A DNA stretch of 64,000 nt, from the NCBI GenBank assembly GCA_021432655.1, contig MU271187.1, forward strand, positions 152,217 through 216,216, read 5' to 3'. Shown here piece by piece: positions 1 to 11,580 of this stretch (the first letter of the stretch is position 1; the number at the start of each line of letters is the position of its first letter). A program made the translations under genes and the position numbers. This DNA comes from Atractiella rhizophila (taxonomy: Eukaryota). Below the pieces are notes generated by a model. It saw only the letters and a list, made by a program, of their open reading frames with translations. It was not told the DNA's origin and did not search any database.

Positions 1-1118
1 AGGGCGAGCGATAAAGGCAGGAAGCTGTTGGGAGACGGGTGGAGGAAGGCGATGGAATATGGTGGTTGGGAACTGGATACTGAGCAGAAGAAGGGGAGGA
101 AGAGGGGAAGGAAACTTTTTGGAAAGGGTGATTTAGCTAAGGTACGTTTCTTGGGAATTTCCGTGGAAGTTTCCAGTTGCCTTTGTCCTATGTCCTGTCA
201 GTTGAGAGTCTTAGCCGCGTGTCTTTGGGAGAATGGGCGGCCGCTTGTTTTGGAGGAATGTAATATCCAAGAAACTGTTTAGCATAGTTGAGCAGGATGC
301 CTCACCAACGGAGAGAGAGCAATGTAGTGCGTCTATCATATTCCATGTTTGGAAATACATGGTTTGCTCCTCGAGTTGTTCCATAAAGAGTGATCTTAGA
401 ACGAAGATATCGTTCCTGCCGCTGTTTTATACCAGAGCATAACATTGGCAAAATAGTCCATCAATCAATCCACAGAGTAAAAAGAACCGGCACGTCAAAA
501 AAGAATGCGTCGACTTCTTCAGAGAATGGATCATATTTCTTGCCCTGAGTATTAGGCATACGAAGACTAAGGAAGGCTACCCGTTCTACTCTATCATCTA
601 GAGAGAGAGAGAAGTCGTATGTGATATGTACAAAGTTAAAAGAGGTTGTGCATTCCCTTGCTGAATTGACAATCTCCTCGATTTCAGTGACAAAGAGACG
701 CTTAAGACGCATCACTCCGCCTATTCACTTTGATATCGCATGCCAGACGCTTCCATTTGTTTTGTTCACATCGTCCTTCCTTTAATCATTCACATATTTG
801 CAGAAAAGTTACTTAATCCTGTTGGCTTAGCTCGTCTCCGCTTCGTCTCCGTCACAAGGGCCAAAGCTCTACGATCAGCGCTCCTCCACTGACAAGCTCC
901 GCCTTTCTTCCTCCCGCTTTCTACCCACATCCTTTTCGCCTTCTTCTCTCCCAACCACCACGACACGGCGCTCCCACATCCTTGTTACTGGCGGTTTCGG
1001 CTCGCTTGGGCGGCATGTAATAAGAGAGATATTATTCCGGAATAAGGAGAGACAGCAGTCCGCTGTGAACGATCTGTTCTTCGAAGACGATTGGGAAAGC
1101 GGAAGCGCGAGGCTGAGA
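1..1118 (+). repeat. Direct-repeat copy of 6795-7881 (5' part of the GT47 gene)
   Basis: 1-141 is identical to 6795-6935; the intron is alignable but diverged; identity ends abruptly after GAGGCTGAGA (1118/7881). Confidence 0.97.
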
Positions 1119-3159
1119 CCTTCCTTGCTGTCCCAAATCTCATTCCACTCCGCTGTGCAGGCAAGAAAGATCCTTCGAGCTCTCGTGGCTCTCGTTCGCT
1201 TAACCCTGCCGAATGAGCTTATTTGACTGATCTCGATGCACGACAGTTCAATCCAGTTATGAAAGAGCACGGGCTGTGGGTAACCTCGCTAGACGAACAC
1301 GAATGGGTGCGCCGCCGGATGTTCCTTGGAGCTTCCCTTCCCTTTCATTCCATTATCGAATACTGAAGTTACCATTTGAACGATTGCAGAATCCCCAATG
1401 GGCGGGAAAAAACTGGAACGCTGGTGAGAAGATCGAACTGGTGATTCGCCGTCCTAACGGAGTCTTGTCTGGCTTCCTCCCGTCTGGTCTACCTTCTACT
1501 GATCGATGTGGCGAATGTGAACAGTTTGCCGCCTCAAATGCTTGTCTTTGTGATGTGTCACGAGCTGGCTCATTGTGCGTTCCCCATCCCCTCAGCAGAA
1601 ACGAGCATTGCTGATGGGTTAACCAGGCAAGCAAATGAATCATGGCCCCGATTTTCAGGCTCTCAACGCACAGATAAGGCAGCAGGTTCGAGACTTGCAA
1701 GCACGAGGTTACACGGGCGATGGGTTGTGGTCTCAAGGCCACGTATTGGGTACGGGCACGGTAGATGGACAGGGGATATTGTTGGGAGAGATGCCGGCCA
1801 ACATCTGGTTTGTCTCCCATTGGCCTACTGTCCCTCCGTGTTGGAGTGGTTATGACCTCGTGGATGGACAGCGGGAGCAAGGCCAGGGTGCGAAAGGCTA
1901 AGGGGAAGGGAAAGGAATTGAGATCGACGAAGAAGCGGAGGAGGAAGGATCCCAGAGCTTTCAAAAGCGAGGTACGTTTATGCCTTCCTAACCTGCTACA
2001 CTCCTTCCACAATCTATGATACTCAAGGTTCTACAGGGAAGCAAGATGGGGGATAAGGATGACGAGCATGCCGGTTTTCGGTTCGTCTCTCAACCACTGC
2101 TTCCCACCCATCTGACAAATTTGATTGTCAAAGAAAGAAAGCTGCCTCAAAAACGGGTACGCGTGGCCTATTATTCGCTTCACAGAAGTGGCATGATATG
2201 GACTGTCGATTAGGGAGAGAAAAAGCTGCTTTGGCAGCCCAACGCCGTCTCGCTCTCCTTACTGGGTCCAAGGTGCCATCGACATCCAACGAAAAGCTTG
2301 ACTGTTCTCCGCCTCTTTCTTCCGAAGACGAGGAGGAAGATTATGAATATGAGGATCTAGAAGGCGAGGGGGGTGAAGGCGAGTACCAGGAAATAATAGA
2401 AGTGTTGAGGAGCTGTGGGAACTTGGTCGAGCAAACTCCGAGTGCTAAGAGCAAAGGAGAGAATCGGAAACGAGGTCCTGGTCAAGGAATGGAGAGGGAG
2501 CATTCACCGCCGGATATGAGAAGCACTGCGGCTTGTCCGTAGCCCTTTAGTCACGGTGCAAAAGACTGATGGCGAAACAGCCATAATCCCGAAGGCGAAT
2601 AAGAGGATGCGCGTCGCATCGTCGGACGAGAATGGTGAGGGGCAGGAGGTGCTTAGGAAGAAGGCCCGAGGTCCGTTACTCGTCTTCCCTTCCCCGCCGC
2701 ATTGCTAACATCCTTCGCCGCTGCTGTAACTAGCGACAAAGAATAGGGATAAGGAGCATCGAGGACTAGACAATGGTGAAGAGGGAGCGAAGGACGAATC
2801 GTTCAAACTGCTTCCTTCTCCCGGTCCTTCTGCTTCGGGTCACTTCAAGTCGCAACGGGTTCAGGGAGAGAAAGGTACGTATCATCCAACCTAATTGGAT
2901 TGAGTTGTCGTAATGACACCTATTGGATGTAGGAACTCATGAGCCATCATCCGCTCTCTCTCAACCCCTTACTGACACATCCACTTCTCCTTCAGCCTAC
3001 CATGCGCAAGACAGCGTAGACGCCGACACCCTCCATAGCTTATACGGTAAGTATGGAGGAGAGATGGAGTGGACGTGCCCGTTGTGTACTTTGAGAAATC
3101 ACGTGGATTTGGGCAGGTGTGAGGCTTGTGGTGAGTCCAGGCAAGTCGGGATCAGATGA
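1..3159 (+). CDS. WLM (Wss1-like) zinc metalloprotease with C-terminal RanBP2-type zinc finger; here fused in frame to a copy of the glycosyltransferase 5' exons (5'-partial, multi-exon)
   Basis: Spliced translation from 1161: ARKILRALVAL|FNPVMKEHGLWVTSLDEHEW|NPQWAGKNWNAGEKIELVIRR...VMCHELAHC|KQMNHGPDFQAL (HExxH), KKAASKTG|REKAALAAQRRL, and C-terminal WTCPLCTLRNHVDLGRCEACG; stop at 3159. Confidence 0.85.
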
Positions 3160-3449
3160 CCTTCCAGCGACGATGACGTGTTGTTGGGATGCTTATTTTA
3201 CGAACTCGGTTTTCCTCTGGCTAGAGCGCCGTGCAAACTAAAATCGAGTTGTTGACTGTTGCTTGTCGAAGATGCTGCATTCATACAAGAAAAACTCAGA
3301 AAGTCTAGCTACACGAGAACAAATGTAAATACTCGTATTCACAAACGCTATTAGTTTATTTTAATATTATGTTCCCTTTACCGCTTCATCACAAATGTCC
3401 ACAAGCCTGAAATTAGCCTATCTTGCCCACGTCTAAAACTGCATCGTCC

Positions 3450-3746
3450 TCAGCCCTGAACATTGGTTGACGCCGGCTCCTTCTGCCTTTGGTCCTCCTG
3501 ATGCTTCTTAAGCTCTTCATCGGCGACCCTGGGGCTCTCTTCGTTCGTCTTTCCCGCAACCGTACTGCTAGGAGCTTGACTGGCAGACTCCGGATCAGAG
3601 TCGCCTGTAGCCCCTGTCGCAGGAGGCTGAGTTGGAGGAACGGTCATATCCTCCTTCTTCTCATATGTCGCCGCTCCGCTCGCTGCTGCCCCTTCGCGAG
3701 TGCCAGGGGTGGGTTGGACGACTTCATCCTCGTCGCGCTCTTCCAC
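3450..3746 (-). CDS. Small hydrophilic hypothetical protein
   Basis: Open 98-codon frame, E/T/P/A-rich, followed by an AT-rich 3'-UTR-like region convergent with the WLM gene; start uncertain. Confidence 0.5.
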   Translation of the reverse strand: MEERDEDEVVQPTPGTREGAAASGAATYEKKEDMTVPPTQPPATGATGDSDPESASQAPSSTVAGKTNEESPRVADEELKKHQEDQRQKEPASTNVQG

Positions 3747-4820
3747 TTCTCCTTCCCCAAATCCTGTTCACTCGAAATCAATAAGAAAGCATCCAACCTG
3801 AAGCGAAAAATGGTGAAGACACACCGCAGGTACAGCAGTTGCGACAGCAGCGAGGTTGGCAATTACCTCCACAACTTGTAGTTGTACCCCAGGACCAGAT
3901 AATGGACTCTCCAATTACGGCACAGCAGCCTCCACAGATGGATCCAAAGACCTCCTACGATCATTATAGCATTAGTATGTATGAGACGAACGATAAAGAG
4001 AAGAAACGAACAGACATGTTTCCGGATACGTTGATGTTCCAGACTCGGACGGGCTTGGGCTTTATATTTAGACATATATCACGTGATGGTGTTATGTGTT
4101 CGACGCTCTTGACAAGCTGGACAAGCTCAACGATTGATGTATCAGGATGTATTCACCAGCCATCAATTGACAGCTTCATAGCTACTACAACTGTGCACCT
4201 TGCATAACATGCAGTTACGTCACCCAAGTTCCCACCTTCCCGCTTTCTCACCATCCCGTCTCGCCAAATCAGAATAGCGGCAGCCAGTCTCACTCACTTA
4301 ATTCAGAGTATATACCACCCTTCTCCCTAAACCAACCTCCGCTTTGAAGAGATATCGTTGGCCGTTGAAGTAGATTCTGATAGAGAAAGATGTTGATGTT
4401 GAGAATGTTGACAACCGTTGTACAAAGCTTCTTCGCCCATCTGGCCATTGATGGAGTTGGAATGCCGATTTTTTTCGAGATAGGAGGAGATGAGAAAGAG
4501 TCAGTGCATGGCGGGAAGGGGATGGAAGGGGACATCAGGACGGAAAGTGTCGAAGCCAACGGAGAACCGGAGGTGAGCATTATCACTTCACTCTGCCTCT
4601 CCTCTAGACTGAAACTGTTTGGATGTTGGGTAAAGGTTGTATCAGTTGCATTGAACTTGAAGAAACATAACGCTCTGAAAGTCGATGTCGCTGTCAGTGG
4701 AGCCACCGAGTCGAAGCCAGTGGTAACGGTGGTTTGTCTTTCCCTTTCCATTTGTCCAACATAATCGAGGGAGCTGACGAGCGTCTCTTGTCCGCATAGA
4801 AGCCGAAGCGAGCAAGCACG

Positions 4821-5528
4821 ATGGCGTCCGTCCCAATCGTATCCGGTCCCAGCTCTAAATCCTCGAAACGTCCTGTAATCACTGCATGTCCACACCAGCC
4901 CCTCCCGCACGCAAAGCGCGATCGGACTATCCCTCAATTCCCAACTCGCGTTTCTACACACCGTTCTCTCCTCTCACTCCCCAACCGTCCTCCCTACCCT
5001 CCGTTTCTAAAGCTGCAAACCGCCGCTTCTCGCGCCGCAATGGAAAGAGCTCGCTCTCCCTTGATTTGGCCGCGTGTAGATGAGGTCGAAATGCCAACGG
5101 CCATGGCGGTAAGGTTGAAGAGGCTAGCGTTGAAGGTAAAGGATGTCGGTTTGGAGTGTAGCCAAGAAAAAGCTTGTCATCAAGCTCTGGGCGAGAAGAT
5201 AAATGAGATAAAGGGAGAGATAACGACAGAGATGACACTGGTTAGACATGCGATAGCCAGCCGAACCATTGGCGAGCAGCTCCGCTCAGTTTTTGTGAAG
5301 GATGGCACGTTGGATGCTTTAAAGCAGAAGGCTGTTGATCTCTCGCAGGAAATGGAGGAGGTGGAATTAAAGATCATGTGCTTGAATCTCGCATGGGAAA
5401 AGTTGGCAGAGAGGAGGATGATGACGGAAAAGAGGAGAAGGGTAGTGAAGAAGGTTATTCTCGTGATGGGTGGAGTGGAGGTGAAGAGCTCAAATTTGAG
5501 ATATGAGGCGAAACTGGAGGATGACTGA
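4821..5528 (+). CDS. Hypothetical protein with C-terminal coiled coil
   Basis: 235-aa ORF; P/S-rich N-terminus, E/K/L heptad-like C-terminal half. Confidence 0.6.
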   Translation: MASVPIVSGPSSKSSKRPVITACPHQPLPHAKRDRTIPQFPTRVSTHRSLLSLPNRPPYPPFLKLQTAASRAAMERARSPLIWPRVDEVEMPTAMAVRLKRLALKVKDVGLECSQEKACHQALGEKINEIKGEITTEMTLVRHAIASRTIGEQLRSVFVKDGTLDALKQKAVDLSQEMEEVELKIMCLNLAWEKLAERRMMTEKRRRVVKKVILVMGGVEVKSSNLRYEAKLEDD

Positions 5529-6638
5529 TATAGGTCTACGAGGTGTTGTCTTCCTAGATCGATAAATGGATGTTTCGTTTTTCATTGTGATTTGACCATG
5601 CTCCTATTATTTCCAGCGCATCGGGCTGAGGAGACGTCCCGTTGTATTGAATACTTCAGTCATGAGATAATAATAAAAGCAGATCGTGAGAGTTGCTGAA
5701 CATTCCAAGTTAATTCGATCACTGAAATGTTATACGGCAATCCTCCCTCAAAGCAGTCAAATCTGAACCAACACCAATCTGAGGCGGTTAGGATCAGAGT
5801 ACATCCCACAGTGGCGAGATGTTGCAGCCATGGCAAATATTTCCACCTTTTTCAGACAGATCGAGTCCTGAGAGGGATTCTAACAACTCGTCCACTTGTA
5901 AAGAAGAATCAGGCGCAGATGTGAGGAATAAACGGTGATGGCGTTTGGCAATAGAAAGAGAAGTCTCTTGTGTAGTTTGAATCCTACCAAGAGAGCTCTC
6001 GAAGGTCCGTGCTCGTAGATGTGGGAAGATATTCTTGCAGCAGGATCGTGACGCTTGTCATGGAAAGACGACACAGAAAGCGGCAACATGGCATTCTTTC
6101 ACGCGTGTAAAATATTAACATAAGAAAGCAACGTCAACAGTTTCTACCTTCTCTAAAAAGCAAGTAGGCAAATCATCACTTGTTCAAACTCAGTGATCTA
6201 TTGGATTATTGCATTTTGTACAGGTACATCATGTCTTTCAGTCAGCGCAGAATCAAATGATGGCACAATACAACGGTTTCTACGTTCTCTGTGCAGTGTG
6301 TACCTTAGTTCACGAGAATCCATGAGCTTTGACATCCTGCAATGGCACACGATGAAGAAGAGAAATGGTCGTCTCACATCGTGATGCCTTTGAAATAACA
6401 GAACTCACTGTGTTAAGGAGTCTCTATTTCTAAAACCACCCTCAGCGTACGGATCAAGAATATGCAAAACGAAGAGAAGTGTGGAGAGAAAAACCGTCCG
6501 GATGTTGGTCGAGAAGTAGAGCGGAACCAAAAGCTGAACGCGAACTGGAATCTCAACGATTCTCTCTTCCTTTCTTTTTTCTCAAAGTAGCACCTTCCAG
6601 TAAAAGCATTTGCCAGCCGCAATCAGCACCAACCCAAC

Positions 6639-9600
6639 ATGCTGACCATCCGCCCTCCCCTCCTCCGCTCTCGGCTAACCACCCGACTGCTCCTCCTGCT
6701 TGCGCTCGCGCTGGTCGTGCTACACATTACATTCCCTTTCTCTCCCTCTTACCAAGCCACGTTGGAAGCTCATGGAGTTGTTGGAGCGGTAGGAAGGGCG
6801 AGCGATAAAGGCAGGAAGCTGTTGGGAGACGGGTGGAGGAAGGCGATGGAATATGGTGGTTGGGAACTGGATACTGAGCAGAAGAAGGGGAGGAAGAGGG
6901 GAAGGAAACTTTTTGGAAAGGGTGATTTAGCTAAGGTACGTTTCTTTGGAATTTCCGTGGAAGCCTCCAGTTGCCTTTGTCCTATGTCTTGTCAGTTGAG
7001 AGTCTTAGCGGCGTGTCTTTGGGAGAATGTGAGGCCGCTTGTTTGGAGGAATGTAATATCCAAGAAATTGTTTAGCATAGTTGAGCGAGATGCCTCACCA
7101 ACGGAGAGAGAGCAATGTAGTGCGTCTATAATATTCCTTGTTTGGAAATACATGGTTTGGGTTCCCTAAACAGTGATCTTAGAACGAAGATATCGTTCCT
7201 GCCGCTGTTTTATACTTAACATTGACAGAAACGGTCCATCAATCAATCCACAGAGTGTAAAGAAACGGCACGTCAAAAAGGATGTGTCGACTTCTTCACA
7301 GAAGGATCATATTTCTTGTCCTGAGTATTAGGCATACGCAGGCTAAGGAAATCCGTTCCATTCTCATATCATCTAGAGAGAAATTGAAGTCATATGTGGT
7401 ATGTATAAAGCTAAAAGTGGTTGTGACAGTTCCTTGCTGAATTGACAAGCTCCCGATTTCAGTGACAAAGAGACGCTTAAGACGCGTTACTCCATCTATT
7501 TACTTTAGTATCGCACACCAAGATTTTTTTCACATAGTCCTTCCTTTCATCATTGACATATTTGCCGAAACGTACTCAATACTGTTGGCTTAGCTCGTCT
7601 CCTCTACAGCTCCGTCACAAGGTCAAAAGCTCTACGATCAGCGCTCCTCCGCCGACAAGCTCCGCCTTTCTTCCTCCCGCTTTCTACCCACATCCTTTTC
7701 CCCTTCTTCTCTCCCAACCACCACGACACGGCGTTCCCACATCCTCGTAACTGGCGGTTTCGGCTCGCTTGGGCGGCATGTAATAAGAGAGATATTATTC
7801 CGGAATAAGGAGAGACAGCAGTCCGCTGTGAACGATCTGTTCTTCGAAGACGATTGGGAAAGCGGAAGCGCGAGGCTGAGAGATCCTCTTTACTCCCTTG
7901 GCGGAGAAGCAGTTCTGGACGCTCTGGAAGAGGATGACGTCGTCGTCACGATCTTGGACGTGCGCGACAGGAGGGAAGAGTTGGATTGGCTGTTGAAACA
8001 TGAGGAGCTGACGCGAGGACGATTGAGAGCCTGGGAAGGAAAGAGAGCTGGAATGATGGAGGAGCAAGGTGAAGACGATCAGGTCCCTGTGGATCCTAGA
8101 ACGACGAACTTTGCGGGAGCGGAGATCAGCCTGGAGCGGTACATAAAGTCAGGAAAGGTTCGGATCGTCATTGGAGATGTGAGGAACGACACGTTAATGA
8201 GCGAGATTTTTCAACTCGACAGCAGAAAGAAGATGGAAGAGAATCAACGCATCGAGGAGGGATTGATGGAGCGGGGAGGAGCAGGTGAAGATTATACAGG
8301 TCTGGGAGAAATCGAAGATCAGGCGTCAGCCGTGCCTCCTATCTCTGGAATCATACACTTCGCTGGTTACGGCACTTCCTGCAATGCGGATATGACCAAC
8401 TGCATTGACGTCGGCGCCAATGGTACCCAAGCTTTGCTAAACGCCATGGAATCCGCCGAGAGGCTACCATGGCTGCTGGTTTCTTCTCATGTGGATCCCG
8501 TTCAGGTACCTTTGCTGTTCTCTCGCCTGAACTGACATGCTAATCCTGTTACAAGACTGAGGGTCTTACGCAGCTACCTATCCAACTCGTTCGCAACTTC
8601 GCGTCCTTGTTCGCACTCCACAGCATTGATTTAACCCTCCCTCCTCTCTCAAACCTATTCGGCGACGTTTTCTCCTCTCATTGGTCGCCTATCACCGACA
8701 TCATGCATAAAGCTCTAGCCGATGCACCAATACATTTCGAAACTGCCTCCGTCGACGGGTCGGGCTTTATGTCTTACACTGCGGTGGCGAGCACAGTCGC
8801 AGATGCAGTGGACATGTTGGACGCGGCAGGGGAAGCAGATTATGTGAGACAAATGGCATTTGTGAGCGATGTGGAAGTGTCACCGCTAAAAGAGGAAGAG
8901 GCAGATGGGAAGGTGGGCATTGAAGGGATTGCATTGAGAATTGTGCACTTGACGAAGTCGGACTCGCCAATGCAGATAATGAGAGATAGGCGTCCTTTTC
9001 CTCCATCCAGGTCGCGAAAAACTTTGTCTCGGACTTTGCAACAACAACTTGGTTCTGCGCCGACGATGCCACTTCACCTGGAACTCAAAGGTTCCCTGTC
9101 CGAAATTCTCGCACAGCAGGCTGACTATTTATCCTCTTCCCTCAGTGAACAGTGTGGTGCACCACCTTCTGTTGAGGATTTAGAAGAAGGACTGCTCAAT
9201 CTTGATCGATGTCAAATTCAACTTCTTACCGTTTTAGAAGGTACAATATATGGACTCGGATGCCCTTCTGGTTCGCAACGCGCCTTCGCTGTTCAATCTG
9301 CAGTACCTTTGGGGACCTCAGATCATATCTCGTCCGTGCAATTTGAGGCTGAACGAGATGATGATGGAAGGATTGTGATCCACCTTTCATGTCCAAGAGA
9401 AAACGGCAACGGATTCGACAACCTTGTTTATGAAGAAGAAACTATGTCTTTCCTACTCAATTCGCAAGCTGCAGGAAAGAGGGTCACGAGAACGTTTTAT
9501 GCCAAGTTCGTACATCGGGTAAGCTTACAATACATGGTGAATTCGCGCTCAATAGGCAGAGCAGGAGTCTCGTACTTTCACCATCTCTCTCGATCCGGAA

Positions 9601-11429
9601 GATACACATCCTTCGGTGACTAAGGGGCCATCATTACGCCATCTCATCTTCAATCGCGTCGACGAAACAGCAGACGATCCATCTCATTCCCTAGAAACCG
9701 TCTTTGAAGCGAAAGATGGCTCTGTACAAGGCTCCCCAATCTTGTTCAAGGCGAATCCTATTTGTTGTCGTTCAGGAGGATCGATTGGTACTGAACTCTA
9801 TGACTTTGCTAAGGACGATCGTGAGCTTGTGAATATCTGAATGAGTGCCTCTAATAGAGGGATAGCACTGGCAACTTCAATAATCTACTTCCCCTCGAAC
9901 GATGGCCGAACCTCTTTGACGGATTCAACGTATACCAATCAAATTTGCCGACGAATCAAAGCAGAAAGTGACCAGGTTCGACGCTTACAGGCATGGTTCA
10001 AGGATCCGGCATCCGACATGGTCTGCCACCGTAGACGCGCTGAAGTTACAACTTGGGCGCCCAGCGAACTGCCTCTTTGTCACACGAAAAAGGATGCTCC
10101 TGTTTCTTGTATGGCTTCTGAAGAGTGCAGATGCTCGTACGACCAAACCAGTGCAGGGCCTCCAATGAGGTCCTCCTGGTCGATAGACAACATTCCATCA
10201 GAAAGTGAGAATAGGAACCAGAGCTCGATGTCTACGCGAGTAAATGCCGTCCCAATCGCCACCGTGATCTCTCCTATCGCACTCAATCTTTTCCAGTCCC
10301 CTCCAGATCGACTGGTCAAGCCTCACGTAGTAGAAATTGCCGACCTGGACGTGACAGACTGCTATCAGTTCGAAAACTCTACCCTCCCTCTCGCAGGCGA
10401 ATACTCGCTTATTAGCTCCCTCAACGAGATTTCTACCACTCAAGATAAGGCAGACTTCACATTCGTTCCTTTCTTTCAAAATTGTTACAATCAAAGAACA
10501 AACGAAGACGTGATGTCAAAATTTGTTGAGACTCTTGGGAAAGCGGAAGCCTACCTTTCTCGCACTGGCGAGTCTGATCGCCTATCTGCTACCCGAGTGG
10601 TCGTTCCATTTATGGGATCGTTTGGATCCTGCGTCTCATCCGACTTCGACTCTCCCCCACCTCCGTTGGAACAAGAAGCGATCTCGGTTCAAACGCTAGG
10701 AGGTTACAATTCAGGATGCGTAAAGGACAGGGATGTAGTACTGCCACAACCAGCCGTCCCTATGCTAGACATGATAGCCAACTACGAGACCGTGAACGAT
10801 TTAGTTGCTTCTTCGGCCAGATCGCATCTAGCGTTCTTTGCTGGAACATCAGGAGGCCTTGGAACTCTCGTCCGAAAGAGATTAGAATGCTCTCTCAATG
10901 GAAAAGAAGGCGTTTTGTGGCAAGAACTTTCCCAAAGCAAAGGTTTGCTGCAGACAATGGCTGATGCGAAGTTCTGTGTTTTGCCTAGGGGAAAGCTGGG
11001 AGGGTAAGCTCTTTGCTCACATCACGGACTTGTTCCCTCACTGCAATTGCAGTATCGATCTCCTGCCGGAAGCAGTTTGGGTTGGTTGCATACCTGTCTT
11101 CGTTTATGATCGGAATCATTTGCCTTTTGCTGGTGCGTTCCCCTTTCGCGTACGACTGTACCTCATCTTGACTAACAGACATAATCAATTACTCCGCCTT
11201 CTCTATCTCTGTTCCCGAGCTGTCGACTTCCTCCATATACGCTGTCCTACAGAGCTTCCCTTCGACGCGCCTCGACCAAATGCAGGCTGCCATGCTGAAA
11301 GTTCGGGAAGCCTTCGTCTATCGCGATTCCTCAGAATGGGAACGCAAGGGTCCAATCCACCTCGCATTGGTTTCACTTTCACTTCGACTAGGATTAAGGT
11401 ATCCCCTATTCACCGTTGAAAATTGCTAA
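6639..11429 (+). CDS. Type II membrane protein: SDR/NAD-epimerase-like domain plus GT47 (exostosin) glycosyltransferase domain
   Basis: N-terminal TM (RLLLLLALALVVLHITF); HILVTGGFGSLG, IVIGDVRN, IIHFAG; exostosin motifs ADFTFVPFF, LAFFAG, MADAKFCVLPRG, EAVWVGCIPVFV...LPF, MQAAMLKVREAFVY; exon 1 6639-6935, intron 6936-7593. Confidence 0.85.
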
Positions 11430-11580
11430 TCTACACTACACCTCATCTCATTGGTATCCCCAGTATTTTATTGCAGACATGTCACGCATAGCATTGGATT
11501 GTAGTAGGAATGTACAAGGTTTATTTGTTTTGGGTTGCAAGATTAAGAACAAGTTAGCCGAAGTCGTGCAACAACGGTGC

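Noticed and set aside
28..715. ORF-track frames reading into the GT47 intron or on its antisense strand
   Set aside because: Frames are broken by different indels in the second copy; at most a decayed remnant
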